From NCBI GenBank assembly GCA_964106645.2, contig OZ067043.1: a DNA stretch of 64,000 bases. One strand, 5' to 3'. The notes under the pieces are model-generated. The model saw nothing but the letters and a program-made list of their open reading frames with translations, did not search any database and was not told the DNA's origin. The position numbers and the translations under genes were made by a program. Source of the stretch: Podarcis pityusensis (lineage: Eukaryota). Below are positions 1 through 12,942 of this stretch, one piece after another; positions within the stretch are counted from its first letter, which is position 1; each line of letters starts with the position of its first letter.

Positions 1-1313
1 AGGTATGTGGCAGTCTCCACAGAGATCTTGTGTAGGACCAGTGGACTTCAAGCCTATCTGTTCTGAATGTTTAAGCTGCATCTCTCCAACTCTGCTCAAC
101 TTGTACATTTGTAAACACTGTAAATGTAAATATTTTATCTCCGGTGACTTCCAAAAGAAAACTAAACCTGGGTTAGCAGCACCCCTAAAACTTCACACTA
201 CTCATTAAAGTGGAGTTTTCCCAGGATGAGGCTCATCCGTTGCACTCTGGGTGCACTGACCCCTGCAAGTTCCCCAAATATGGGAAACTTGACTGAGTAA
301 TTTATGATTAGAATAGTTTGCTGGCTTGACATTTCTACTGCACATCTTCAGCATCCCCTTTCAACTTGTCTAAAAGTTGTTTGGAGCCAATAATGGCCTC
401 CTGTGAGTATTATGTTCTGTGATAGCAGATGCTGACATAAAAGCAAATCAGATTAGAAGAGATTTGTTCCTCAGAATCACACATTTGTAAGATGAATTAA
501 AAATAATTCAGTTTATAGAGGAATCTTCTAGAGAAGGATTCTATCTTAAGCAGAAGTCCCATGATAGAAAGTGCTAGAACAGCTCATAAAAACATTTTGA
601 TGTTCATGGTATATAGTGAAGGAACTGGGTTCAGAAGTTTGCTCACTGCTGAAGTTTAATGACACTTTAGCCCACAAGTATTTCACATCATTACAGTTAG
701 TACAGAAACGCTGGCTGATTAGGAATAAGAATAACCTTTCTTCATTATTCCTAATCATCAAAGGACAGAAAGAACAATTAGGTTAATGCCATATTCATAT
801 GCAAGATTAAGTGGTTTTATTAAAAATGGATAGGCAGCTTATTCCTGTTTTGCTCCCTCTGAATAGCAGACTGGGGGTCTGTCCAATAATTGTTTGGCTA
901 CAGAAATGGTCATAGTAACAAATAATTTCCCATGGAGCCTGGGAAAGTTCCTATGGGCTGGTGCTAAAGCCGGAGCACTTGAACTCAAAATTAGAATAAT
1001 ATGGATTCACATATTACTGTAGTGTAGCAAGTATTAAGAGAGAATGGTTTTTGAAGGAAAATTATAATGTATGTGTGTGTTGTGTGATGGGCTTGCTTTT
1101 ATGTTTGTGTGTATGCTCTGAGCAGTTGTTTCATTGTTTGCTATACTAATACAGCAGGTTTGGGGTACTAATAAAAATATTTAAAATACAACTATAAGAC
1201 ATTAAAAAACAAAATATATATATAACAGCATAAAAATTCCAGCAGCAGAGAGTAAAAGCAGTATAATGTTTTGGGTTCTCTTATTTTTTAGAAGTGGTAA
1301 TGGTGCCTGAAAT

Positions 1314-1582
1314 CTGCCAACCTAGCAGTTTGAAAGCACACCAAAAAGTGCAAGTAGATAAATAGGTACCGCTCCAGCAGGAAGGTAAATGACGTTTCCG
1401 TACACTGCTCTGGTTTCGGTGTTCTGTTGCGCCAGAAGCGGCTTAGTCATGCTGGCCACATGACCCGGAAAAACTGTCTGCGGACAAATGCCGGCTCTCT
1501 CGGCCAGTAAAGCAAGATGAGCACGCAAACCCCAGAGTCATCTGCAACTGGACTTAACTCTCAGGGGTCCTTTACCTTTACC
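1314..1582 (+). mobile_element. Sauria SINE (Squam1), 5'-truncated
   Basis: Characteristic body CTGCCAACCTAGCAGTT.GAAAGCAC...GCTTAGTCATGCTGGCCACATGACCCGGAA and (CCTTTA)n tail; closely similar to the copy at ~4835-5207. Confidence 0.85.
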
Positions 1583-2218
1583 TTTTTAAGAATATAAGAA
1601 TAACTTGTTGGACCAACCCAGTGGTCCGTCCAGTCCAGCCTTCTGTTTTCACAGTGGCCAACTAGATGCCAATCAGAAGCCCACAAGCAGGATCTGAGGA
1701 TCTGAGGTACTCTCTCCTGCTGCAGTTTCCAGCAAGTTGTATTCAGAAGTATACTGCCCCCAACAGTGGAATTAGAACATAGCAAGTGGGTTATCAGCAT
1801 ACTCATCCACTATCAGCAGCCTTGGATCAGAAAAGGTTAAGTTGAGAATGGAAAATGACTCCTCCATCGCTTGAGCATTCATATTGGTGTAAAAGCAGGT
1901 TTCTGAGTTCAACTTCCAATCTTGATATATGCCATTTAATTGTCTGATAGCTGGATAGGGACTTAGTGTACTCAGAACCATCCCTGTATTGATGTACCTT
2001 CAAACCATCACTAACCTCAGTTTCTTTGCTGATAGGTCTTATCTGTGGGGCTACAGTCAGAATTTCTGTCTCCACCATCCTGACCTGTGTACCAGTTATG
2101 GCATTCAAATCCAAAACTTCCTTTTCCAGTGTGTTAATTCTGCTAAAGATTCCCTTTGCTGTTTGTCTAGACAGGAGACATTGGTCGCGTAAAAGTTCCC
2201 ATAGTGAATACGTTTCAG

Positions 2219-2387
2219 CAGTGGCGTAGCGTGGGGGGTGCAGGGGGGGCCGGGCGCACCGGGCGCAACATCTGGGGGTTAGGGTTAGGGGGTGCAAATC
2301 CACGGGTTAGGGGGCGCAAATCCATGGGTTAGGGGGCACAAATTACTTGCCTTGCCCCGGGTGCTGACAACCCACGCTACGCCACTG
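2219..2387. mobile_element. hAT-type MITE with 8-bp TSD and internal TTAGGG repeats
   Basis: TIRs CAGTGGCGTAGCGTGGG / CCCACGCTACGCCACTG; flanks cgtttcag (2211-2218) and agtttcag (2388-2395). Confidence 0.85.
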
Positions 2388-2636
2388 AGTTTCAGTCTGT
2401 GTTGTGGCTGAGTCTATCACACCAAGATTGCTATTACACCTAGCTGAAGTTTCATTATATGGAAGAAGATAAGATTGCCTTGGAGCATATCTATCAGTGC
2501 CTAACATGTCCAGTTGAATTGGCCAGTTAGCTAAGCTTTCATTAGAGGAATATGTAGCAAAACCTCTCACTTCGGTTAAGGCTTTTCCAGGCCCATTACT
2601 TGCACTCTCACAATGTAAAGAACCAGGCTTGTCCAT

Positions 2637-3119
2637 GTTGTTGTTGTTGTTTAGTCGTTTAGTCGTGTCTGACTCTTCGTGACCCCGTGTACCAGAGTAC
2701 GCCAGGCACTCCTGTCTTCCACTGCCTCCCGCAGTTTGGTCAAACTCATGCTGGTAGCTTCGAGAACACTGTCCAACCATCTCGTCCTCTGTTGTCCCCT
2801 TCTCCTTGTGCCCTCCAACATCAGGCTCTTCTCATGAGGTGGCCAAAGTATTGGAGCCTCAGCTTCAGGATCTGTCCTTTCAGTGAGCACTCAGGGCTGA
2901 TTTCCTTAAGAATGGATAGGATCTTCTTGCAGTCCTCTTGAGTCTCCTCCAGCACCATAATTCAAAAGCATCAATTCTTCGGCGATCAGCCTTCTTGATG
3001 GCCAGCTCTCACTTCCATACATCACTACTGGGAAAACCATGGCTTTAACTATATGGACCTTTGTTGGCAAGGTGATGTCTCTGCTTTTTAAGATGCTGTC
3101 TAGGTTTGTCATTGCTTTT
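2637..3119 (-). mobile_element. Bov-B (RTE clade) LINE, 5'-truncated 3' fragment
   Basis: Peptides MTNLDSILKSRDITLPTKVHIVKAMVFPVVMYGSESW and RRRGQQRTRWLDSVLEAT..WRTLVHGVTKSQTRLND are typical of the Bov-B ORF C-terminus; (CAA)n tail. Confidence 0.92.
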
Positions 3120-3393
3120 ACCTCTGCCTCCCTTGCCGAGTCACAATAGTCCAGCATAGATTTTTGGACTAAATTTGGAAATGGAGTTCTGAAGTACTGC
3201 AGGTCTGTGCTCTTGTAATAACCATGTTAAGAACTGTTAGATGTGCTGAGTATCCTTTGGTCGATATGGTCTTCTAAGTGTTTCTTATCAGTTAAAAACA
3301 CTGAGCCAAAACAGCTGCTCTTCCAGCTCCTGTCCTCCAGTGAAAATATATGGCTTTTAAGCCCACATAGAAGTAAAACAGATAAAACAGATA

Positions 3394-3621
3394 CAGTGGT
3401 ACCTCTGGTTACGAACTTAATTCGTTCCAGAGGTCCGTTCTTAACCTGAAACCATTCTTAACCTGAGGTACCACTTTAGTTAAAGGGGCCTCCCACAGCC
3501 ACACGATTTCTGTTCTCATCCTGAGGTAAAGTTCTTAACCCGAGATACTACTTCCGGGTCAGTGGAGTCTGTAACCCGAAATGTTTGTAACCCGAGGTGT
3601 TTGTAACCCAAAGTACCACTG
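3394..3621. mobile_element. Tc1/mariner (Tigger-like) MITE
   Basis: TA-CAGTGGTACCT...AGTACCACTG-TA: terminal inverted repeats with TA TSD. Confidence 0.85.
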
Positions 3622-4834
3622 TATGCACCTTGCCTACATGAAACAATTAGCATTAATTGCTGAGCCAACTGACTTTAAACATTTAAAACTGTTCAAGAGA
3701 AAAACAAATTAAACTAGAACAGACCACAACACTCAAGGGCAAGCAGTCTTATTTGTCACCATCTTCACTCAGAAGTCAAAGCGTGAAATCACTTCTTTTA
3801 TTCAAAGCACATAAGCTGTCACCTGACCAGAAGGGGCAGGGAACCCAAAACAGACTAGCCTGCTCTGCTTTCTTTAAAAGCATCTTGCTCTGTGGAAATC
3901 AACAGAAGAAAGATAAGCTGGCTCTCATTTTCAGTGTGGCTAAGCCAGGATTTCACATTGTGAAAGGCAATGTATTTGACACTTGGTTTTGTGCGTGTGC
4001 GTATTTTGTCAAACCCTGTTTACTGTTACCAGTGACCCCCATGACACATCAACCCCTCAACCAGAGGTAGCTTAGACTTGTGTACATATGAGGTGCCTGT
4101 CAAAATGAAATAGAATGGAAAGATAGCAGTGTGGCAGCAGAAACCATTATCTAAAGACCCCACCACCTTTCCTGATGGACTTACCTTTGGTGCAAGCAAA
4201 TTGTAGTGATCTGTAGGCACATTTAGAGATTTATTGCTACTTCCCAGCCATCTGGGTTAGGCTTTTCTAAATGAGAATGAAATTCCTTTCCCATTGATGC
4301 TGTCTGTATTCCTGATGAAATTTATCAGCCATAGACTAAAAAAAATAGCAACATATTAGAAGGCTCAAACAGAAAAATAGTTGGTATATCCCGACTGAGA
4401 GTAGAACACCACCTGGTGGATAGATGTCATATCTAAGATCATTGCAATTACTTCCGATCTCATTTAATCCTTCCATTTGCTGTACAGTTTCTCTTTAAGG
4501 TAATGTTAATATCATTTGACAATAAACTAGCAGGATAAAAACTCCTGTGCAGGAGTAAGGAATGCTGGCATTTCTTGGCAAGAGCTTATTATCAACTAAC
4601 TCTGCTCTAGCTCTTCTCTAGAATGTGGTTGCCAACTCTTTCTGGCAGGGCTCCTATGCCATTAATATATGCATAAAAAGCAGGAATTCAACAGGTAAAG
4701 CTTTTTTTAGCATGCAGGTGCAGTGATAGAGAGAGTGAAAAGTTGCCACATCCTTGCCCAAAGGTTGTGCTCATATTTTATTGTGTGTACTCTGAGGAAG
4801 GGGGTGGAAGGCAATAGCACCCCTCTTCTGTACA

Positions 4835-5207
4835 CAGCAGATGGCGCAGTGGTCTAAACCACTGAGCCTCTTGGGTTCACCAATCGGAAGGTCGGCGATT
4901 CGAATCCCCGCGACAGGGTGAGCTCCCATTGCTCTGTCCCAGCTTCTGCCAACCTAGCAGTTCAAAAGCATACTAGTGCAAGTAAATAAATGGGTACCAC
5001 TGTGGCAGGAAGGTAAACAGTGTTTCTGTGCACTCTGGTCACAGTGTCCCGTTGCACCAAAAGTGGTTTAGTCATGCTGGCCACATGACCCGGAAAGCTG
5101 TCTGTGGACAAATGCTGGCTCCCTCAGCCTGAAAAGCAGATGAGCACCACACCCCATAGTCACCTTTGCCTGGTCTTAATTGTCCATGGGTCCTTGACCT
5201 TGACCTT
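4835..5207 (+). mobile_element. Sauria SINE, near full length
   Basis: tRNA-like head (TGGCGCAGTGG A-box-like, GATTCGAATCC B-box-like), Sauria body, (CCTTGA)n tail. Confidence 0.88.
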
Positions 5208-6279
5208 ATAAACATAATCTGCACAAACCCTCTGGGTGGTATGCTGCCATTCCATTCATGTAGCAGACATCCATTTGCACAACAGAACAACCCTCTCTTC
5301 TTCTCTGCACCCCCTATTCACCCTTCCAAATCTACTCCAGAACACTGAGGGACCCTGCAGAGCAGATTTGAGCCCCACTACAGAAACATAACTCTGCTCA
5401 CAGTGGCAGATAAAAACTTGTCTATGTACAAACTGTCCATATATAGGCTTGTCCACATCATGATCTGAAAAGCGCACTCTGCTGAGCTTACTTCTGTATG
5501 GGAGCTCTCCAGCTATGAGAAAAGTAAATGGGATGATGGACTGTAGGAAGACAAGACATGGGCGAGGGAGGATGGTGGTCATGTGCTCTACTTCTTTTTT
5601 GAAAGACTTTTACTCCTTCAATTCTGTTTTAAAGAGCCACAAGAAGGACTCCTGAGAAGTCCTTGAAATTGCCCATCAACATTAGCACCTGAACAAGAGA
5701 CTGAGCAGGCACACAGGTCACTTGGTCGCAGTCTTCCCCTCCATGTTGAGATTTCTGTTTCAATTACTGTAACTATCTAAGCTTGCATCTATAGCTATAC
5801 ATAAACCTATGCAAATTTCACAGAAAAATCTGTTCTCTTTTTTGCATTTCCTCTTTTCCACTGATGCGTACATGGCCACTCTATTCTTCATATATATATA
5901 AGCCTATTTTGCTTTTTAAAACCACATCCTTTGCCACCCTTATTTCTATATTGTGAGGGTCAGGTGGTGGTTCCTGATTAAACACACAGAACTGCAGCCA
6001 CTACAGCCAGACCGGTCCAGACTGTCAGCTGCTGATTGATTGTGAACCTTCATCACTGCAGGTATGTTTCCTAAAAAGTCCAGCTGACTGACTTGTTTTG
6101 CAGCTGATAAAGACATAGGAATTACCACAGAAAGAGTTGTTGACCCTGCTTGGAGCTGGTTGAGTTTGAATGCCAAAGTTTGACCCACATTCGAGGATGA
6201 CACTACATGTTAACACAGGCTAGATCTCCCAAAGTTTTTATTTTCACTTAAAAGTAGTTGCAGGAGGAAAATACTGAGT

Positions 6280-6470
6280 GGACCAAAGCTCAGTGGCAGA
6301 GCACCTGTTTTGTCTTCAAAAAGTCTGAGATTTAATCTCTGGCATTTTCAGCCCTGGTAGGATTGGGAAAGATCCCTGTCTGAAACTCTGGAGAGCTTTT
6401 GCCCATCAGTATAAATACTACTGATCTAGATGAGCCAATGGTCTGCCATGGTGTAGGGCAGCTTCCTATG
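6280..6470 (+). mobile_element. tRNA-derived SINE (Squam3-like), diverged
   Basis: AGCTCAGTGGCAGAGCAC head and GGCAGCTTCCTATG tail; similar to 34821-34999. Confidence 0.6.
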
Positions 6471-9400
6471 ATGAGAGCAGGAGGGACTTAACCCTTTCCA
6501 GCAACACCATTTCCCACTATCTGAACATCTCCCCTCACTCCTTAGGCTGCTATTTGCCTTGCAGGGAATCTACATAGGTTCAAAAGTGGCAAATAGCAAC
6601 TGGGGGTGGGATTTAGATCAGGAAAATGGCACTGGGGGGAATGTTCACCTCTCTTCCCCCATTCCACTGCTCTCATGCAGTTCAGACCACCACCACCCCA
6701 TACCCTGCAGCTGTTTTTTTAGCACTGCAAAACACTGAGAGAGCTTATCTCCTCCTACATAATGTGTGCAGTTTGACTCTAAGCAGGAAATGTGGATTGG
6801 ACAACTGCTGATAAGTCAGGATTCTTTATCGCATGGGTCATGTTAATAATAATAAATCTGGCCTCTAGCACGGTTTGCACTGATAGATCCTGAAGCTTAG
6901 AGACGTGAGATTCTAAAAATAACAAGTCTACTTCCAAGCCCTCCACCCCCTTCTTTCTGAGCCTTCCTTAACCTTGCACACCCTTGGTTAAGACAGAAAT
7001 CTATTCTTGCCTCACCTCGGGCCTTGTGAAAAATAGCATTACTGTCATATGCATATAAATGGCTTTCTTTGCTGCTGTGTTTCATGCTGTAAAGTATTTG
7101 TTTTCACAACTGGCATCACTTTTAGCAACAAAAATGAGGCTATGAGCTTGCAACCATTGCATCACCCAGCAGCTACATTTTAAAGTCCCGCTGATTTCAG
7201 TGGAAGAGATTTGTAATGGAAGATATTTTAAGCACACGCTTACCATTCCTGTTGAACTAAATGAGACTTTAACTGAGCAATCCTATACACCATTTTGGGG
7301 GGCAGGGAGACACTGCTGCTGCACCTACACAAACATTTGTGAAAGCCCACTATTGCCCAGTTCAGGAGGAGGTGAGACCACACGAAGTCCTATCATAACC
7401 AACACTTCAACACAGTGATATAAGCTGGGTGGCTGGCAGGTTGGAGAGGGTTTCATGGTTTTTGGGTGTTTTTCCTGCCTTGCATAAACAGACGTGTTTT
7501 CTATTACCACAAAACTGCCATTGAATTCAACCTAATAGTTATTAGACATGCACAGTCCAGCTCAATCTGATCCAGACTGTATTTTAACATAGTCATTACC
7601 AGGGGCCCTGGTCACTTCACATGCATATTTTTCCAGTGAGCTACTGTAACAATCCCAGCAACTCAGGTTTCTTTTATGCCAACCTCGGTGCAACATGGGA
7701 TCTGTCTTGCTGTCCTGAAATCAACAGCAACTTCTCCATGGAGCTGTATGCACTTCACCACTTTCCTTTGGGGGACATCACTGATGATTCCACTCAGGCC
7801 CTCAATGAGCCGCTCTCCAATACTGAGGGTGTTGATCGGGTTGCCAGCTGGCCAGATAAAACAGCTTTGCTTGCTCATGTGCTTTCGACAGCCACTTGAT
7901 CTGCAGAAATCAGCAGGAAAGGCTTTCACTGGGAGAAAGAAATCAATAGTACCTGCTGCTATCTGCACATCAAACTGCTCTCAAAGGAGGGATGGGGAAC
8001 CTGTGGCCCTGTGGATGTTGTTGGACTCCAACTTCCTTCAGCCCCAGCCATCATAGTTACCAGGAATGCCGAGGGCTGATGGGAGTTGGGCCATAGGTGG
8101 CCCGTCCCTGTGTTAGGGAGACAGCAGCCCATCAAAGAAGCTGGCAAACATGAAAGCTGAATCTTGGGGATCTGTGATTCCAGTTATGAAATTGTCATCT
8201 ACTGAGCCCTCTGCATCCCTGTTGTTGGCCAATGCCCGGGTCATCATCATATTACCAAAACTGAGAATTTTGTTTAACATTTAAGCACCGGCTGCAATCA
8301 GAACAACAAACAGTGGTGCAAAACACTACTGCTGCTTGATTGTCTGCCAGCAATGCACTCAGTTAACCTGCCTCCCTTCTTATCCTTGTTGACAAGATTA
8401 ATATCGGGCATTTTGTCTGAAATGGAGCCTCAGTTCAGGCCCATTTATCCTCTTTCCCATTAGCAAGACATTCTGTGAGCTCTTTATCAGGAGCTGGCAG
8501 ATGGGGGCTGTATTTATCATGGCTGCCCAGAAACTCAGTCAGCTTTGGGGGAAATAGCAGAGCCTGTCAGATTCAGCCTAACTACAGGTGTGCTCGGTTT
8601 CTTCTCCTAGAAAAGTAAAATGCACACACATGCAAGAAAAGAAAAGAAAACCCCATAGTGGTACTTGAGTCAACCAAGCACCCAAAGTCAAACATTTGGT
8701 GAGTAGGCTGAACAAATGATCAGTGGGAGCAAGCAACTGGCACTGAGCCTGACTTGGGGTGGGGTGTTAGGCTCTTCCCAACGCAGCAAGCATAGGGCTG
8801 GCAACACCCCTTGCGCAGTGATTCCCAAACACCCAACATCCCACCCATCAACCATGTGATGCCATAATGACACCATGCAACTGACAGATGAGTTGTTAAC
8901 CTGTCCTGCTCGAAGCCAAACAGTTCCCCCACCTCTTTGTAAGAGGGTAGGGCAGTGGGCCTGAACCCCAGGTCTATATATATATAACTTTGCTTACACT
9001 AAAGCACAGTACTCATCATCTTCATTTGCCCGGTAGTGTCTATACATATAAATTAACACGTGAATGTTGTTTTTTAAAAAAATGTGTCTTGGGCCTGTGC
9101 CCCAAGTCCTTTAAGTAGCTTCTAGCAATGCCCCTGGAGCCAGGGCCCTATCCCTGGAAGGAAGAGGAGCCCAAGGCTGTGCATGCAGCAGAGTGAGATG
9201 GCAGAGTAGACTGTGCAGCGTGAATGCAGAATGTCCTCCAGTTGCCCCTCTTCTGTCTGGGTAGCTGCCTTTTTCCGATCCCTTCTTTGGTGGAAATCCC
9301 ATGGCCCTATCATCTCAATTTTTAGGAAGAAACTAACTGCATTCCCTCCCCACTTCTTACTTATTTAGGAATACAGCAGCTGATGCCCAACATAGGCATC

Positions 9401-9856
9401 ACATATCAAACACCTACACAAGTTAGATATATATATATATATATGCATACACCCCTGCGTTGTTATTATTTTTACACCCAATAACTTAACGATGATGCAA
9501 AAAATGATACCTTTTGAGACAAAGAAACTGGCATGCAATGTATTTTTTTAAAGGTACTTGCTGATTTCCCCACCCGCACCCTAAACTTTCCTCCCCTGAG
9601 CATGCATCTCTGTGTACATATAATTTATGGAGCTGAATGTGCAGCTGGCTTTTTTTCTGACTCACCAAGAGAGGTGGGGCAGGGAGCTGTATGCTATTCG
9701 GAATAGGATACAGCACAGCTCCTGCTATGTCTCTGCCTGTGTCTACATGTGAAGAGCAGTAAGGAAACTGATAGGAATGTTGTTGGAGGGGTAGACTACT
9801 CCTGCAAAGGGAGGCTCTGTTGATAAGCTTATGCTGCAAGCAAAGAGATGTGAGAG

Positions 9857-9857
<1 letters not shown>

Positions 9858-9899
<42 letters not shown>
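9858..9899. repeat. (TG)n microsatellite
   Basis: About 21 perfect TG units. Confidence 0.97.
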
Positions 9900-9901
<2 letters not shown>

Positions 9902-10682
9902 ATGCCAGTTATGCACACACACATGCACAGGAAACAGCTGTAAATAAATAAATAAATGGGTAAGTGTCTTTCATGGAGTCCATAGGCTTCCCATGAAAAG
10001 GATTTGAGTCCTGTTGTTGAAGCAATGTCTCCAGGGAGACAAACTTCCATTAATACTGCCTATGTACAACACATATGCACTGCTGTCTCTGCAATGTCAA
10101 TCTGCATTTTGCAGCGAACAGGCACAGTCAGCCCCAACACTGTGGTTGTCCTGCGTATGGAGAGACAACAGAATTACGGTAACTTCATCCATTCCGTTCA
10201 CAAAGGGCAATCTTCCGCAGTGAACTATGTACCAAACCAAGATCAGACTTGAATGGTCACAGCCACAAGATGTCACTGTTGCCTTACCTGTGTGCATCCA
10301 CTTGGGCTTGAAGCACAATTACCTGCTTGGTGGGCTTCATCCTATGCCACTCCAGGGCCATTTTGAAGTAGAATTTGGAACCAGGTGGGCAGGCCCATTG
10401 GGACACCTTAGCATTCAAAAACAGCCATCTTCCCAAGCTATAGTAATTCTGAATTGGGCTTTATTCAATCCACACTAAAGGAAAGAGCAGTTTACATTTG
10501 TCATGGATGTAACATTGAAAACAGCCTCTCTGAAGAGATTGCTTGCCAGCCAAGCCAACCATATCTTTCAGATGTACAGCTTATAAGTATTGAGGCTGTC
10601 ACATTGTGAGTTTCCCACACTGTCCATCGTAGCCACAAGACAAATCTTTTGCATCATCCTTCAGAAAACAGAACTGACTTGT

Positions 10683-10747
10683 TACAGATAGGTAGCCGTG
10701 TTGGTCTGCCATAGTCAAAATAAAAAAAATCCTTCCAGTAGCACCTT
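10683..10747. mobile_element. Short insertion resembling a Penelope-like element terminus, 13-bp TSD
   Basis: Direct repeat agaactgacttgt at 10670-10682 and 10748-10760 around GGTAGCCGTGTTGGTCTGCC...CCAGTAGCACCTTAG; family assignment from recall. Confidence 0.55.
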
Positions 10748-12942
10748 AGAACTGACTTGTGTTAGCTTGATATTGATGGCATGGATTATTATTTTTAAAC
10801 TTACTCCCTAATGGAAAGCACTAATGAGTCCTTGCTTTGAAACATTAATATGTTTTAAATTAATAATCTCTTACCGCAATGGATTGCACAATTGCTTTCA
10901 TTTCATTTTCAAATGATCTAAGGCAGGGGTGGAAACCTGTGGGCCATTTATTACCCCCCTCCCCCAGTACTTTTTTTACCTCCAAGATTCCCAACCGCAA
11001 ATGACTTCCTCCAAAGAATTCTAGAAACTGTAGTTTACGCCTCACAGAGCTACAATTCGCAGCACCCTTGAACTACGATTCCCAGGACTCTTTTGGGGAG
11101 GAAGGGGAGAGATGTGCTTCAAATTATTGCTGCCATAAAAAATAAAAATAAAAATTATTGTTGCCAACAAAAGGTCAAAGGGGCAGGAGACTTCCAAGGT
11201 GCCCTGAGGATAATTTCTGGATTAAGACAGTGAGCCCTACAAAAAAACTCTGGGGCACAATTTTGAGCAATCTGTTTAGCAATGATACAAGTGTAAAAAG
11301 AGTACGTTTAAAACTCCAGTTCACGTGTACGTGTCTACCTTCAACGTGACTTTTCTCATTTGTAAGCACCCAATGGGGCTGTGTTGGGTAACGCCTTAAC
11401 TGCCTGGAGTGTGTGCACCATTAATGCCAAGTACCGTTCAGTCGAGTAGCATTTCAGATTGCTTGATGCATTCACCTGAAGATGTGTTCATGTCACTTGA
11501 TGAGGAGTACAGTATCTCTCCATCTTGAGGTTTGGCATTTTCTCTTGATTTGCTTTGCCGGTGCCTGAAATTGATTACCTCAGCTAAACCCACATACGTC
11601 GCAGTACATAATGTGCAAGGTTTTGAACTCCTTTGATCTGAGATTATGTTTTATATCAACCAATATAAAATGGAACTGCTTTGTTTATGCTGAACAAATA
11701 CGAAAACATAGGGATGAGCCCGGAGAGCATACCCAGATCATAGCGAAAACTAGTAACAGGGGAGCTAGAATGATAACAGGTATTTGCTGAGGAATACAAG
11801 TAGGGAGGAGATACCTAGAGTTGGGGTTACAAGGCTCTAGGAAATCACAAAACAGTGGGGAAACAGTGGCAATTTTCAGGCTTTGCTTCTGTTTTGTATT
11901 TTGCATTGTAACAGATTTCTTCTGCGTGTGACCTACAGAAAATGAATTGACTTGACATCTGCTTAATCAGATTGCATTAAGTAGATGTATTTGACTTTAA
12001 GCCAATTTACCCATTCCATGGGAGCTGTAAATATCTGAAAACTTGCGGGCACTCTGAGATGTTCTTATAAGAGGTAGAAACCCCACCACACAGTTGAACA
12101 GTTGTAAAAGTTAGAACCATGGCTGCTCTCCCTATAGCCAGGCAATCCCCAATCCTAAATCTGTTATTTAACTACAGGAGGGAATGACAAGGGAAAGGCT
12201 CTAGAATATTTCAGAGAGCGCTCTTCCACATATGAGCTCCATCACCTATTAAGATGATCAGGAAAGCCCCCCTGCCCCCCGTGTATCCTATGCTCAACAG
12301 GACTGCCGTGGAATGGAGCAGGGGCTTCTTAGCAGTGGCCCTGAGGCTTTTGAATTGTCTCCAAATTCACCTCCATAAATAATAAAGGAGTCGTGCATCT
12401 GTTCAGGCCTTTGGTAGCTAGGAAGAGAGGAGTTTGAGTCTGCTGTTTTTGATGTTTCAGTCAAAATGAACTGTCTTGGTTTTTCAACTTCCATTCGTAA
12501 AGGTCAGCCCACAGTGCTGCCACCACATATTGACATCTTCTCGGTTGGGTGATAGCCAGAAGCACAAAACAATCACTGCAGCATTTGCTGCTTCATTTGT
12601 GGTACTGTTAGGTTAGAGCCTTCAGCTGCTTCACTGCAGTTGCTTGCCCAGTCTGAGCATAACCCTCCATGCCCTCTGGAAATTAAAGATTAGCTCAGTT
12701 TCCTTTCAGGCCGCTCACTTCCAACACTGGTTTTGTTAGGAGACTGAGGTGCAGTGAGTTATGGCTAGCAATGAAGAAGTTTTCAGTTCTTCCATGATCT
12801 TCTAGATGCAGAACCCAACTCAAGAAAATAGGAGGCCTTGCAGGGCCCATACCTTGAGCAAGGGAACGAGTGGTTAGTATTATCAGCAACCTTTAAGAAC
12901 ATGTGAAGCAGGTCTGTTTGTTGGACATGAATTTACTGGGAG

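Larger units (their letters stand above)
1827..3352 (-). pseudogene. Large decayed coding exon of an unidentified gene, interrupted by a Bov-B fragment and a hAT MITE
   Basis: Removing the MITE (2219-2387 plus one 8-bp TSD = 177 nt) fuses ORFs 2343..2780 and 1827..2303 in frame (..ATTQTETYSLWELL..), giving 210 stop-free codons from 2636 to 1830. Across the Bov-B the frame plausibly continues (..DSAREAEVKAM|DKPG..) for ~80 more codons with one TAA at 3227-3229. Confidence 0.6.

Noticed and set aside
4842-4912. tRNA-like sequences (also ~19890 and ~34825)
   Set aside because: They are SINE heads continuing into SINE bodies; no complete cloverleaf.
10288-12675. Possible Rab27-effector (melanophilin/MYRIP-type) zinc finger in the decayed exons
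   Set aside because: Only scattered residues (CxxC, W.C...LEW) match and frameshifts are needed; too weak to name.
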